A stretch of 63,516 nucleotides of DNA, the filler included, from Hyphochytrium catenoides (taxonomy: Eukaryota > Protista > Hyphochytriomycota), in assembly GCA_900088475.1 (NCBI GenBank). It is 12 parts of 12 records of this genome, joined end to end, with 100 filler letters (N's around TTAATTAATTAA, not from the genome) between each part and the next. Parts side by side here need not be neighbours in the genome. Positions count along the whole stretch, not along the records: positions 34,696 to 55,816 come from FLMG01000001.1; positions 55,917 to 57,044 come from FLMG01001415.1; positions 57,145 to 58,959 come from FLMG01002255.1; positions 59,060 to 60,140 come from FLMG01003275.1; positions 60,241 to 61,650 come from FLMG01004212.1; positions 61,751 to 63,516 come from FLMG01004071.1; 6 more parts are not named here. One strand, given 5' to 3'. The notes beneath the pieces are model-generated. The model saw nothing but the letters and a program-made list of their open reading frames with translations, was not told the DNA's origin and did not search any database. Position 1 is the first letter of the stretch. Every line of letters begins with the position of its first letter. A program made the translations under genes and the position numbers. Below are positions 50,335 to 63,201 of this stretch, piece after piece.

Positions 50335-51381
50335 CGGACCTGGAGACAGACGGTTATCCTGTTGTTGCGTGTCTTCTCTCTCTCTCTCTCTCGCTCTCGC
50401 TCTCTCTCTCTCTCTTTCTTTCTCTCTCTCTCTGTCTTCTCAGTGGCTTCTCTGAGTTTTGACCGTCAGAACTTCAGAGACTGTCTGCCTATTGGGGAGA
50501 CAGATTTGGAGCTGGAGCTGAAGATTGTTTCTCCTGTCCTGCTTCCCTGCCTTCGCCGTAGTACTGATGGTAGAACTAGTATATTATCCACGGCGGCGGC
50601 GCGGCGCTCCTTCAACACTCTGTTCTTTCCCTCTCTCTTTCTGTCTCTCTCTTTCTTCTTTCCCACTATTTTCTCTTTCGCTGTCTCTTCTCTCTCTCTC
50701 TTTCTCTCCCCCTCTCTCTCTCTCACTCTCTCTCTTTGTTGTTCGTTCTNNNNNNNNNNNNNNNNNNNNNNNNNNNNNNNNNNNNNNNNNNNNNNNNNNN
50801 NNNNNNNNNNNNNNNNNNNNNNNNNNNNNNNNNNNNNNNNNNNNNNNNNNNNNNNNNNNNNNNNNNNNAAATAGAGCGCTAAAGTGAGCAGATGCACCCT
50901 AAAAGAAAAGGTTCTCGAAATAAAAGGATAGACAAATCGCATAAATAACGATAAATTGGAAGTAGCTGATTGGGTAGGAAGAATCTCCTAGATGAATGGT
51001 AGCTAATGAACGGCAATCAACAGCTAAAAAAGATAAAAGATTGCTCCTATTATTCAGGATTAAAACAATTTCTTATTGCGAATGCCCAGCTTGAATCCAA
51101 GCGCTATCGAGAATGATTTAAGTCCCTATTCCAAAATGCAAAGAGCTGTATAGGAGCTTACCCATCTTCTGCGAATGTTGTAAAGGTGATGGGCTTGACC
51201 CTTATGAGAGGGGTTAATAGTCCTATTACTTGATAATGAAAGGTTCTGACCCCTAAGGAGGATAGCAACAAGCCTCTCCTCCCTTGTTATCAAAAAGTTC
51301 AGCTTCACCTTCCTCCTCCTCGCCTGCTCTTTCTGCTGATGCTCTCCCCATTCCTGCTCTCTTTCTCTCTCTCTCTCTCTC

Positions 51382-51428
<47 letters not shown>

Positions 51429-51794
51429 TCTCCCTCGCTTGATAAGCACCATAGTCCTACAGCTCATTTACTTCCTTTTCTAGTCTCAAGAGTATCTCTC
51501 TAGCTGGAGAGGAAGGTGGAAGATAACGGTGAAGCTTGCTCTTTCTTCGTCTCTGCTGTGTCACTTCATAGCGCAGAACAGTAAGAGAGACTGGGGGCCA
51601 GAACGCGCGCGAAAGAGAGACGCACAATGAGAAACAGTTGATAGACAGTGAGAGCAGGACTCAGTGAAGTAGAGAGAGGAGCTTCGACAGTGAAGAGAGA
51701 GACAGAGAGAGAGAAGAAAGGGCTTATCCGGGTAGAAGCCGTTAAAATCCTTCGGCATTGAGTGAGAAGAAAAGACATCAAGGAGAGAGAGAGT

Positions 51795-53012
51795 ATGTCA
51801 ACCGGCAGAGAGAGTCCTATGGAGAGAAGTCTTCTCTGTACAATCAAAGTAGCGGACCATGAAGACCCGTCTCTCTCTCTCCTTCTTTCCCCGGCTTCCT
51901 CTCCTTCTTCTCCTTCCTCCTTCACCAGAATAGAGAGAGGAGAGAGAGTCAAAGAGAGAGAAGAAGAGGGAGATCTGGAGGCTCAGCTTGCAATGCTGAG
52001 GTGGAGAAAGATCCAGAACCACAGTCAGATCAGGCAGACGATCGAGCTCAGTCAGACGCTGAAGCAGCAGGATTTAGAGCTTAGCAAGGCGCAGAATAAA
52101 GCGAGAGAGAGAGAAAAATGGATGGAGAAGATCGTTCAGGAGGAACTTAGTAAGCCTCTGAAGGTAGAGTAGAGTTCTTTCTCGGTCTCTCTCTCTCTCT
52201 CTCTTCTTCTCTCTCTCTCTTCCTATTTCTCTTTCTTTCACTCTCTCTCTCTTCCTATTTCTCTTTCTTTCACTCTCTCTCTCTCTCCCCCCTCCCCTTA
52301 CCTCTCTCTTTTCTGCCTCTTTTCTTCCACCAGGCACTTCCCTTACGTCTTTATCTCTGCTATATTTGTGATGTCCCTTCTTCTCTTCTCTCTTTCTTCC
52401 TCTCGCCTAGAATCCCTAGCTTGTATTCCCTCCCTGTCTGTCCCTATACCCCCATCCCCTCTTCCTCTCTTGCTCTCCCCTCTTGTGCTCTCTCTCCTCC
52501 TCTTTTCCTCCCTGCTTGTTCCTCCCTCTCTCTCTCCGCCTTTCCCTCTCTCTCTCCGCCTTTCCCTCTCTGTCTCTCTCTGTCTCTCTTGTCTCTCTCT
52601 TTCTCTTTGTCTCTCTCTTTCTCTTTCTCTCTCTCTTTCTCTCTCTTTCTCTCTCTTTGTTTTCCTTTTTCTTGCTTTCTTTCTCTTCTTTTCCTCTCTC
52701 TCTCTTTTGCTCTTCCTCGCTCTCACGTATCTCTTTCCCCGTCTTGTATCTGTAGCTGGACCCTTCTTACGTCGAACATCTAGAAGAGAGACAACGGCAG
52801 AGCATGAGAAGGGCGCAAGAGGATCTCGAGAAGCATAAGAAAAACATCAAAAGCTTGGAAGACTCTCTTCTTTCGAGAGAGGACAGAGCTGAGAGAAGAA
52901 AGGCTTTCAAGGAGAAGAAGAGCCAGCTCCGATCTTCCCTGCACAATTCCATCGACGCAGACGGGAAAGTGAGCTTGCCATCTCTTGGAAGCCCAACCAA
53001 GACTGTTGCCGG
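51795..53012 (+). CDS. Hypothetical coiled-coil protein, at least 2 exons, 3' end uncertain
   Basis: EAQLAMLRWRKIQNHSQIRQ...EELSKPLK|LDPSYVEHLEERQRQSMRRAQEDLEKHKKNIKSLED joins in frame across a CT-rich GT-AG intron. Confidence 0.6.
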
Positions 53013-56000
53013 TGAGAGATTTCTCCCTCTCTCTCTTTCCTCTTCATCTCTCTCCTTCTTTCTCTCTATCTTTTGTCGACCTCTCTCTCTTCCCTTGACA
53101 TCCTCTTCCTCTCCTCTCTTCGTAGTCAAGTCTCTCTCCAACTCTCTCTCCTTTCTCTCTCTCTCCTTTTTCTCTCTCTCCTTTGTTCTGTCTCTCTGCC
53201 TATATCTTCGGCCCTTTCAAGAAATGAAGTTTGTCACTTGTGTCGCTGTTCTCTTCTCTCTTTCTTTGTCCCCATTCCCTTTCTTCTAATGTTATCGCTC
53301 TTCCTTAACCCGACTCAATGGTTTCATCTTCGTTCTCTTCGCCTACGCTGCGTCTGCTCTTCACTGCTGGTTTCCGGGTCTCTCTCCATACGTCCCGCCC
53401 GGCAGCAGCTTCTCAGGAATCGCTTAGCGCCTGTTCCCCAACTAAGATGCATTTGCACAGAGTGAAGGAGATGTGCGCGCAGCTCAGCAGCAACCAGCCA
53501 AGTTAGATCTGAGAGAGAGAGAGAGAGAAAGAGAGAGAAAGAGGATTGAAGAGAAAATAGACCTAGAAGGAATCAGCTCATCGATATGTCCTTTTTTCAC
53601 TTCTTCTCTCTCCCTCTCTCTCTCTCGCCTTCTGCTTTCTCTCCCTTACTTCGCCGCACTTTCCACCTCCCATATTGCTCTCCCGGCCTCAGTCTCTACC
53701 TTTCTTTCTGTCTCTTCTTTCTTTCCTTTTCTCTCTTCTCTCTCATTTCTCTTCTGGGGGCTTTGCTTGTAGGATGAGGTTCAAAGGTATCGCTTATCTT
53801 CTTTTCACTGTCTCACGCTAATATTAGGCAGCCCTCTAATCACCCTGAACTGGTCTTTTTCATTGAGAGAAAGAAGATAAGGAATGGAAGTCTGGAACGA
53901 TGCAGGAGCCAAGACAGGGAAGAAGAAGAGACGGCTCTCCGTAGCTGGGAATAGTGAGACGATCATCCGAAGTACCTACAGTTAGACAGAGAGAGATGGA
54001 GAGAGAGCAACGAGAGAGAGCGGAAAGGAGAGAGAGAGAGAACAGAAGGATTGACACCGGCCGGGGGAGCAAGGAGAAGTGAGGCCCAAAGAAAGTATGT
54101 GCTAGCGATAGACTGAGGACCGACAGACTTCATATTAAAGAAGAGAGGAAGAGATGAAGAAGTAAATGGAGAGAAATAGAGGAAGAGAGGGGCGGACCTT
54201 ACGTCAACAAACCTTTATATTCTGAAAGGATGCAGTCGGGTGTCGCCTTCCGCTCTCTTTCACTTTTTGTCTAGCTGAACTCTTGTTTCGCTCTTTTCTT
54301 CGCTTCTGCCCTACTACCCGGCTGGTGCCTCATCATGTATCTTCATTCATGATCCTCATCAAGTACGTCTTTCTTCCTCTTCTGTACGGGAAGAAGATGG
54401 TTTCAGCAGGAATCTGGCACTTAACCCTAAGACTTGACCGCTCTAGGCTGCTTTCTTGTTCCATTGCCTTTGCTTGTCCTCAGGCCGTGTTTTTCCCGGT
54501 CTCTTCTGGCGGGCCAAGAGCTAGTTTTGCATTACTTTGCTATTACCGGGAGAGATTGGAGAGAGACGGCGCCAGAAAGAATAGCGAGAAAGAGAGATAG
54601 AGAGAAACAGAGACAGAGAGGAAGGAAGAAGAAAAGTAATCTTCGTTTCTCTTTTCATAAATGGCCTTTCTGGAGCAACTGCTAATCTCCCCCTTGCGAG
54701 AGCTCGCTGGCTTCTGGAGCACTTTTGCTAAGTATCCCTTCTACCGTCACCTACTATAAGACAGATCCTGAGTAACAAGTTGAACGATGGAGCTGCCTCT
54801 TCAGAGTCAATCCAAAGGAGGGCTACCTAGGAGGTACGGCCGGGTGCGCTACTACTTCTTCTCACGTACCCGGCTTCCTTCTTTATCGCAGGTGAGAAGG
54901 GCGGTATGCGATGGGTCTTCTTCATGTTTGCGTTATAGTTATATCGGTGACTGACGAACACCGGGGACGGGGGAGGGCGGCAGGTGTTGCGCGGAGTAAG
55001 AGTTGAGCAGCAAGGCCCACCCAGGCGAGCAGCAGCATGGGCGGAGCCGCCGTCAGATGTGGCACCGGTCACCACCACGCTAGTCTACTGGCTTATAGAC
55101 CCAAAGAAGCTAGGACGACTGACATGTCGTTGAACTCTTGCTTGAGCTCCCCTTTGCGTTTGTCTCATCATCATAATTAGTGCAAGATGATTATTATGGA
55201 TTGCAGGAGGCTATTCATGCTAGCCCTCATTTGAGGGGGCGACAGTAGTCTTCTGCACAGCCTCCAACTTCTTCCCGCAGACACCTCTCAAGCCTGAACA
55301 TCATCCAACTTCTATACTATTGGTAGTGTTACAAGGGAAAAAGGAATGCACTACTACTTTTCCCTAATGAAGACCAATCGTTGCACCTCACGCTATCGTG
55401 ACAGGATATGTGAAGAGAAACGGGCTGATAATGGAACGGACATAACTCATGGACCATCTTGATGCTATCCGACAATGCGCTTTCCCTTTGTTTGTTTGTC
55501 TCGGTGACAGGCACTCCCTCTTGCATGTGTAACAAGGGACGGCAGTAAGTAGGCCTATTAGGGCCCGGCCGCTTATAAGTTTCACGTTTGTAACTTCCTC
55601 CAGAGTTCGCACGCCGCTCCGGGCCACGTGAGGGATCGTGGATGGAATAAGAGGATAAAATGACATCTTGATGGCAGCAGTGTGACAGAGACCGGAGGGC
55701 TTTAGCAGTTGTTCTTCTTCGTTCTCGTTCTTCTGCTCTTCGTCTGATAGAGTAGTATTTGATGAACCGTTGTTATATGTATATCTCCTCAGACGGCTGC
55801 TAACCACCGGGTTGCGNNNNNNNNNNNNNNNNNNNNNNNNNNNNNNNNNNNNNNNNNNNNTTAATTAATTAANNNNNNNNNNNNNNNNNNNNNNNNNNNN
55901 NNNNNNNNNNNNNNNNTCAAACTAGTAGCAAGGGTTGCGGCCCATATAGATACTCTTCCGTCTTCTTAAGTGCGTCCTCCATCCATATAAGCAGAGCTTT

Positions 56001-56077
56001 CCGGCCGATCCTCGTCTGTGGTGCTGCCGTTCACTTTAGCTGTCTGTTTTCTCTCTCTAATCCACCCTTTGCCGCAG

Positions 56078-57044
56078 GGATCTCAAGCCTGAAAACGTCC
56101 TCCTTACTGAGGATGGGCACGTTAAGCTTGTGGACTTCGGGCTCTCTAAATGCGGTGTTCGACAGCCCACCAATGGCACGCGAACTCTTTGCGGCAGTCC
56201 CGAGTACCTGGCGCCCGAAGTAATCGACGGTAAACGCCAATATGGGACTGCTGTCGACTGGTGGTCCTTAGGGATGGTAAGGGCCGGGCTCAAGTGCCAA
56301 CCATGCTCCCTTGCTATGTCGTCCCAATAGTCCTAGCTTTCCTCCTTCACCGTCTCAATGTTGTGGCCGCATCGCAAGGGAAGAATGTCCTCCCTGTCCG
56401 CATTGTACTCCTCGCCTTTCTTGTTGGAAAGGTGCCTGTGACCCCTTATCTTTTGCTGCAGCTCATTCTACATACGGAAGTGCTAAGATTTTTCATCTGC
56501 AGGTTATTTATGAGATGCTGACAGGGCTGCCTCCCTGGTACAGCGGTAATCCGAAGTTGCTTGCTAGCCGCATCAAGAACGCAGAGCTTCGATACCCAAA
56601 GACAATGTCTGCAGAGGCTGTCGCACTTGTCTCCTCACTTCTCAGACGCGATCCCTGTGAAAGACTTGGCAGCAGGCATGGAGCTATGGAGATCATGTGC
56701 CATCCATTCTTTCTAGGAGTAGACTGGATGGGTTTGAGACAAGGGACTGTTCCGTCTCCGTTCTCCCCTTGCGCCAACAGCTGGGTCTCGGACTCGGCAG
56801 TTAATTTTGACCCTGCCTTTGGACGTCTGCCTGTTGACAGCACCGACGGTCCGACCACGGAGGAGGGAGGGGTGAATGCAGAAGTGATTGCAGATATAGA
56901 GGCTCCCAAGAGTGTGAAAGGAGTAGAAGAATCCCTGGCAGTGGGCATGGTAGAGCACGACGATGACGTGTTTAAGGGCTTTGAGTTCTACCAGCCCACT
57001 GCTCCAGCACAGCCTTCAACTGTGCTGCATTCAACGTCCAGCTT
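56078..57044 (+). CDS. AGC-family Ser/Thr protein kinase, C-terminal half, partial at both ends
   Basis: [31 protein letters not shown]|[23 protein letters not shown] and hydrophobic motif FKGFEFY. Confidence 0.95.
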
Positions 57045-57144
57045 NNNNNNNNNNNNNNNNNNNNNNNNNNNNNNNNNNNNNNNNNNNNTTAATTAATTAA
57101 NNNNNNNNNNNNNNNNNNNNNNNNNNNNNNNNNNNNNNNNNNNN

Positions 57145-57656
57145 GAGGGGATAGAAGAGGGAGAAGGAGGGAGAGACGAAGGGGAAGGAGGGAGAGAAGA
57201 GGGAGAAGGAGGGAGAGACGAGGGAGAGAGAGACGAAGAGGAGAGAGGAGAGAGAAGATTCGTCCCCGCTGCATCTCCGTGCTTTGTAGAGGAAGAGGCG
57301 AAGCTGACAGGAGAGATCTCTGAAGACTTCTTTTTGATGTCTAGCGTAGGAGGCAGAGGAGGCTTCTGACTCTTGGAAGTGGAAGAGAGAGACGCTGAAA
57401 GAGAAGAAGAGACACCGAGCTTCTGTTTGACTGAAGCAGGAAGCTTCATCGTAGGAACCACGGGAGCTGCAGACATCTGGCTCATATTTTTCATGGAAGA
57501 AGGCTGTGTAGCGCTGGGAGAAGGGGAGAGAGAAGGGGAAGACAGGGGCTTTGTCTTTGTTCCCTGGGTGGAAGGCGGCGTAGGGCGAGTGTGGGCCAGG
57601 CGAGAGACCTCTGCCACTTTCTTAAGGGTTCCTACGCTTTGCTGATGCTTGTCCAT
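57145..57656 (-). CDS. Ser/Pro-rich hypothetical protein fragment cut by the contig end
   Basis: About 170 open codons from ATG 57656 with non-microsatellite composition, ending in SSLPPSP repeats. No domain recognised. Confidence 0.4.
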
Positions 57657-58219
57657 CGGGCTTCTGAAGCCTCGTTGTGTCTCTCTCTTGACCGAACTCT
57701 AATCTTTCTCTCTCTCTTTCTTCTTGTGTGAGCGTCTCTTTCTCTCTCTCTCTCTCCTGTCTTATCTATTTTCTATGTGATCGGGACTCTTGTCTGGTCT
57801 TGGAGCGGATAGTAAGCAGCAAAGGGGAAGAAGGATCGGTGGTGAATATGCAGCTTTGTTAGTGATTCGCTTTCTAGGTCTGCGTCTAGGTCTTGGCTGC
57901 TCTTCTCTTTTCTCTCTCTTTCCCTCGTTTTCTCTCTTGGGCCGGCGCCTGAGTCTCTCTCTACGGTTCCTTTACTTCTCTCTCAGCGCTCTCTGTCTCT
58001 CTTTCTTTCTCTCTCTCTCTCTTTCTCTCTCTCTCCCTGTTCTCTCCAGTTCCCCATGACTGCCCAGTTTTGGGGTGATGGGCAGCGGCGAGCTATTCTG
58101 AGCATTGGATGGGGAAGCTGCGGCGCTTCTGCGGGTACAGCCGACACCCAAGGTTGAGGGGAAAGGGCGGGAAGGAGACTCTTTGTCTCCCACACATAAG
58201 GAAAAGAAACGAGAGAGAG

Positions 58220-58272
<53 letters not shown>

Positions 58273-58574
58273 CAGAAAGGGACAAGTAGGGAATCACACA
58301 GACAGAAGCTGGCAGCTCCAGATAGGTGGGATAGAGAGAGCAGCTTGTGAAGACAAAGGAGACAGGCGGACGGTAATGACAGATAACAGAAAGAAGTGAA
58401 GTCCGGGCAAAGCGATCCTTCCAAGAGAGAGAAAGCTAGGCGTGGCTTCATACTACTTGGCGCAGAGAGAGTGAGAAAGAGAGAAGGAGAGATGGTATAG
58501 AGATAGATACTCATGCTGATGGGGATGTTGAAGTGGGACCACAGGACATAACATATCGAAGAGGGGGCGGGAGG

Positions 58575-58612
<38 letters not shown>

Positions 58613-59216
58613 GAGAAAGANNNNNNNNNNNNNNGAGAGAGAGAGAGAGAGGAAGAGAGGAAAGAGAGAGAGCCAGAAACGAAGGGATGCAGATGCCATG
58701 AAAGGGTGAGGTGGGAGATGGGACAGTGGTGTCCCTTGTATAGGTACGCTAGTGGCCCTTAGCCTCCAATAGAAATTTTCCTGACCCTTAGAAAGAGAGA
58801 TGTAACGCCAGATCAGCGTATTGATTAATTCTTTAACACAGGTTTAGTTATCCGTTGGGGTGTGGTTCTGATTACTGTGATGCTTTCTTCACAGACAGGG
58901 TTTCGAAATTGCATGCAATTTATCATAAGTCGCATACTTGCATGCAAATTGCATGCAACNNNNNNNNNNNNNNNNNNNNNNNNNNNNNNNNNNNNNNNNN
59001 NNNTTAATTAATTAANNNNNNNNNNNNNNNNNNNNNNNNNNNNNNNNNNNNNNNNNNNNCCTCTTCCATATAGCGTTTGCCTCTTCATGGCCCGCTTCAT
59101 TGCAATCTTCCTCTTTCTCCTTTCATTTCTCTTCTGACTTCAATGTCTCTCTTTTCTCGTTTCTCTCTCGCTCTGAAACTTTCTCCCTCTCTCTCTCCTT
59201 TTTTTCTTCTTTCTAG

Positions 59217-60036
59217 CTGGGAGACTGGATGGAACTGCCTAACAACCTTGGGCTAAATAATAGCTGGAACTTGCTCTGGACCTGGTCGAAGCCAAAGATT
59301 GACGTACTGAGTGTCACTATCTCTTCCCCTGTTTTCTCTCTCTTCCCTCACTCTTTTCGCACTCTCTTCTGTATAGGCTCGATTTCTCTTTCTCCCTCTT
59401 AATCTGTCGTCCGGACCTTGTCATCCTTCCCTGCCTGTCTTTTGAAAGTTCGAAGACAAACGCTTACTCTTCCTTATAATCTCCATATTCCTGTCTCTTT
59501 ATCTCTCTTCTCCCTTGTTCTTCTTTCTTTTGCTCTTGCTCTTCTCTTGGTGTCTCTCTCTTCTGATCCCCTCTCTTCGCTCTTGTCCTTGCCTTCCTTC
59601 CATCCAGTACTCGACACTCTTGGTCTGGCAGAAAATCAATCATTTCCCGGGAGGGAAGAACTTGTCCCGAAAAGATTTGCTGAAGAGAAACATTAGGAAG
59701 ATGCAGGTGAAAGATTGTCTCTGTTCTCTTCCCATCCCCTTCTTTCGTTTTCCTTTGTAGCAGAGCAGACAAGAGCTTTCTCTCTCGTTTGGACTAGCGA
59801 CTCCCACCTTTGCCTCTCTCTTCCCTCTCTTCTCTTCCTCAGTCTCTCTCAATGTCGCTCCCCCAATTCCTCTCTCTCTTCTCTCTCTTATTCTCTGTCT
59901 CCTCTCCTCTCTTTCTGTTTGGCTCTCTCTCTCTATCCCAATTTGCCTCTCTCCCTCTCTTTTTTGCTGTTCTCTTCTCTTTTTCTCTCCCTTTTCGTCT
60001 CTCTCTCTCTTTTCCTCTCTCACGATTTCTATCTTC

Positions 60037-60072
<36 letters not shown>

Positions 60073-60140
60073 TCAATCCTTCCTCAGTCGTATGGGCCCA
60101 CTATCCGCGATGCCTTTGACATTATTCCTGAGACCTTCGT
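59217..60140 (+). CDS. Tubulin-tyrosine-ligase-like (TTLL) enzyme, three internal exons
   Basis: WNLLWTWSKPKID|YSTLLVWQKINHFPGGKNLSRKDLLKRNIRKMQ|...FDIIPETF carries the TTLL NHFP...RKD.L and P.TF motifs. Confidence 0.9.
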
Positions 60141-60240
60141 NNNNNNNNNNNNNNNNNNNNNNNNNNNNNNNNNNNNNNNNNNNNTTAATTAATTAANNNN
60201 NNNNNNNNNNNNNNNNNNNNNNNNNNNNNNNNNNNNNNNN

Positions 60241-61531
60241 CCTAGGGCTGGTCACTGCGAGCTGTAGGTTCAGATGCCTGAGCTCGTTCTTCAGGAGATC
60301 GTTCTCTCTTCTGACCGTGTTCAGCGTCTCCTGGAGCGCCTTCATCTCCTTTGAAGACTCCACTTGTAGCGTCTTCAGCCTGGGTAGCGAGAGGAAGATA
60401 GAGCGCACGAGATATGAGATGAAAAAGAGAGAAAGATAGGAAGAGAGAGAGTGAGGGGCAGAGGATAGAGCTCTGTGAGCAACGGTGTCTCCCTTGAAAA
60501 CTGTCATAGATGATTGAAGAGAAAGGCTCCTCAAATGGGAGAATTAAGAGCTAACGGTAATTCTGACTAAGGAACAGTCGCCAGATGGCACAGGGGTGCA
60601 GGACACTAAGTCGGCTTATAAAGAAGGAAAAGACCGCAGATAACGGAGACACAGAGAGAGAAACAAACGGAAAGATGCTGCTAAATGAGAAACTACAAGC
60701 AAGCTCTTAGGAAAGCTCTAGCTGAGAAAGAAAAGAATGTGAAAGAAAGTGGAAGAAGCATCGCAATGCACTACAATTCGAAGCAGACAAAAGAGAAGCA
60801 CTGTGTCTGCCAACAAGGGAGGCAAAAGGAGCCTCCAAGAGAGAAACGAGCAAAGGGACCAAAAGACAGGGACGAAAGAGAGCAACAAGGAGAGAAGGGA
60901 TATGGACAGCTACAGACAAGACAAAGAGTGGGGCAGAGTGCCAGGGAATGAGAGAGAGAGAGAGAAAGAGGGCGACGGACAGCCACAGAGATGGAGTAAG
61001 CGAAACCGAGAAAGACAAGAGAAAAAGAGAGAGAGAGAGAGAAAGAGGCCACATCCGTTGAACTCGTTACCTGCTCACTGTCTCTCTCATCTTATCATTC
61101 TCCGCCTCTAAGGTCTGAACTCGCTTCTTCAGCTGATCATTTGACATACTGTCCACAATCACCTGAAAGCCGAGAATTAGAGCAGAATCCGATTTTCAAG
61201 GGTCACAAACCAAAATTGAGGCAGCACCAGCTAAAAGTTAATGAGAAACAAGCAGTTTGACCCCTTTCAGTATAAGCGTTTGGGCTTCTTGCACGAACCT
61301 TATAGAATATCGCGAAAATATCAGCATCGTCACTGACATAATTGTTGTCCACGATGTTGACGAGGAAATAGGTGTCATAGATCTTCTCGATCACTTCTTT
61401 TGCTCTCGTCTCTTCCTCTCTCTCTCCGTCGTAAGCGCTAGCCCACTGGCTCTTCCACAGGCCGAAAGCCTCGTCTTTCCAGAAGGCAAAGCTCGCAGGA
61501 TCGACCACTGTGGGCTGGATGATCTCTCGAC
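60241..61531 (-). CDS. MTHFR: Methylenetetrahydrofolate reductase C-terminus plus coiled-coil extension; exons 61299-61531, 61071-61162, <60241-60379
   Basis: [26 protein letters not shown]...[11 protein letters not shown] is the end of the eukaryotic MTHFR regulatory domain. Two further exons splice on in frame. Confidence 0.9.
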
Positions 61532-62133
61532 CTGTTTGGATGGAGAGAGGAAACGTGAAAAAGTGGTTTGAAGCGGGGTAATCCAAAGATTTCCACTTTT
61601 TGTACCAATTAGGGAGAAATCTCTCTCTCTCTCTCTTTCTCTTCCCATCCNNNNNNNNNNNNNNNNNNNNNNNNNNNNNNNNNNNNNNNNNNNNTTAATT
61701 AATTAANNNNNNNNNNNNNNNNNNNNNNNNNNNNNNNNNNNNNNNNNNNNCGAAAGGCGGCGAGGTGGAGGAGATGAGGGCACTGAGGGGCTTTGACGCA
61801 GTCCGGAAAGAGAGAAAAAAGAGAAGGAGAGGACGACGTGGGGGAGGGAGAGAGAGAAGAGGGGACAAGACCCTTCTCTCCCTCCAACGCCGGCGTATCT
61901 CTGACTGGACCTTCTCCAAAAAAAATAGAAAGAGCTTTTTAGAGGAAATGCTCTACATATCTTCTTCTTCAGCTTTGATCCGTCCTCTCTCTCTCTTTCT
62001 CCATTCTGTTCCCTCTGGCAGAGTTCGCTTCTCTGGTCTTTCCTTTCTCTATTTCTTTCTCTCTCCACACCCACACACACTCTCTTTCTTTCTCTTTCTC
62101 TCTTTCTCTATCTCTCCCTCTCTCTCTCTCCTC

Positions 62134-63169
62134 AGAGAGACCCACTCTGCACTGACCTCCGGCGTGACTTCAGGTGTGAAGATCGTTCTTCCCTTGTTCT
62201 TTCTCTCTCCCCTGAGATCCATCACTCGCTGCTTCCAGCTGAGAACTTCATACAGAATCTGCGCCGGGCATCGCACTTCTCTCTCGTCTTTCTCTCTCTC
62301 TCTCATCCAAGTGACAGGAAGCTCTCTTCCCTTAAGAATGACAGAAGAAAGAAGAGAGACGAAGGCGATGCTGCCTGTGGAATGAAAGAGAGAGCGGGAG
62401 TCGAAGAGACAATAGGAAGAGAGAAGAAGAGAGAGCACTGTCAGCTCTCGGTCGACTGTCTTCGGTTGCCTGCAGGGAAGGTGGGGGTAAAAGAGAGAGA
62501 GAGAGAGAAGTGTCATTTGGCGATTTTGCACGCCCTTTCTCTCTCTATCTATCTTCAACCTCTTCTCTCCTTTCTTCTTTGCTTCAATTTTCCGCTCTTT
62601 CTCTGTGCCTCAGTGCCTCTCTCACTCTGATTCTCTCTGCCTCTCTATCTCTCTCTGTCTGTCTTTCTCTCTCTGTCGCGTGTCTCTCTCTCCCTCGGTG
62701 TCTCTCTCTCTCTCTCTCCTTAGGTCTCTCTCCCTCTGCCTTCCGCTTCAATCTCTCTTACGTTCTCTTCAGCTCTCTTAGGAGTTCTAAGAGCCTCTTC
62801 TGCGGGTTAGAGACAGAAAGAACAAAGTGAATTGTATGAAGAAGAGAGCCTTCACAGCGGAGAATCTCTCCTTTCTCTCTCTCTTCCAACTCCTCGTCTC
62901 CTTGGACGAGAGGCCGGTTGCGGCTTGCGTAGCTCTCGCGCAAGACACGGTATAGCTGCAGAAGAGCGCAAAGGGGAGAGAGAGAGGGGGGGCGGAGGGG
63001 AGAGAGAGAGGGAGAGGGAGAGAGAGAGAGAGAGGAGCTGAGCATAGGCTGTGGGAGAGGAAAGGATAAAGAGGAAAGGATAAGCTAAGTATAGCAAAGA
63101 GACAAAGAGAAAAGGAGACAGAGAAACACAGGGGAAAGGAACACACCGGGGACCACATGAAAGGCGATA

Positions 63170-63201
<32 letters not shown>

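Noticed and set aside
54827-54875. GC-rich hairpin followed by CTAG on the minus strand as a Helitron 3' end
   Set aside because: The loop is long, the base after CTAG is G rather than T, and no Rep/helicase or 5' end is visible.
55388-55807. 139-aa minus-strand ORF near the contig end
   Set aside because: No ATG start, no recognisable motif and no splice support.
10790-61706. Recurrent TTAATTAATTAA as a biological repeat, and ORFs ending in ...XXXLIN
   Set aside because: Always centred in 44-N flanks; it is an artificial all-frame-stop linker.
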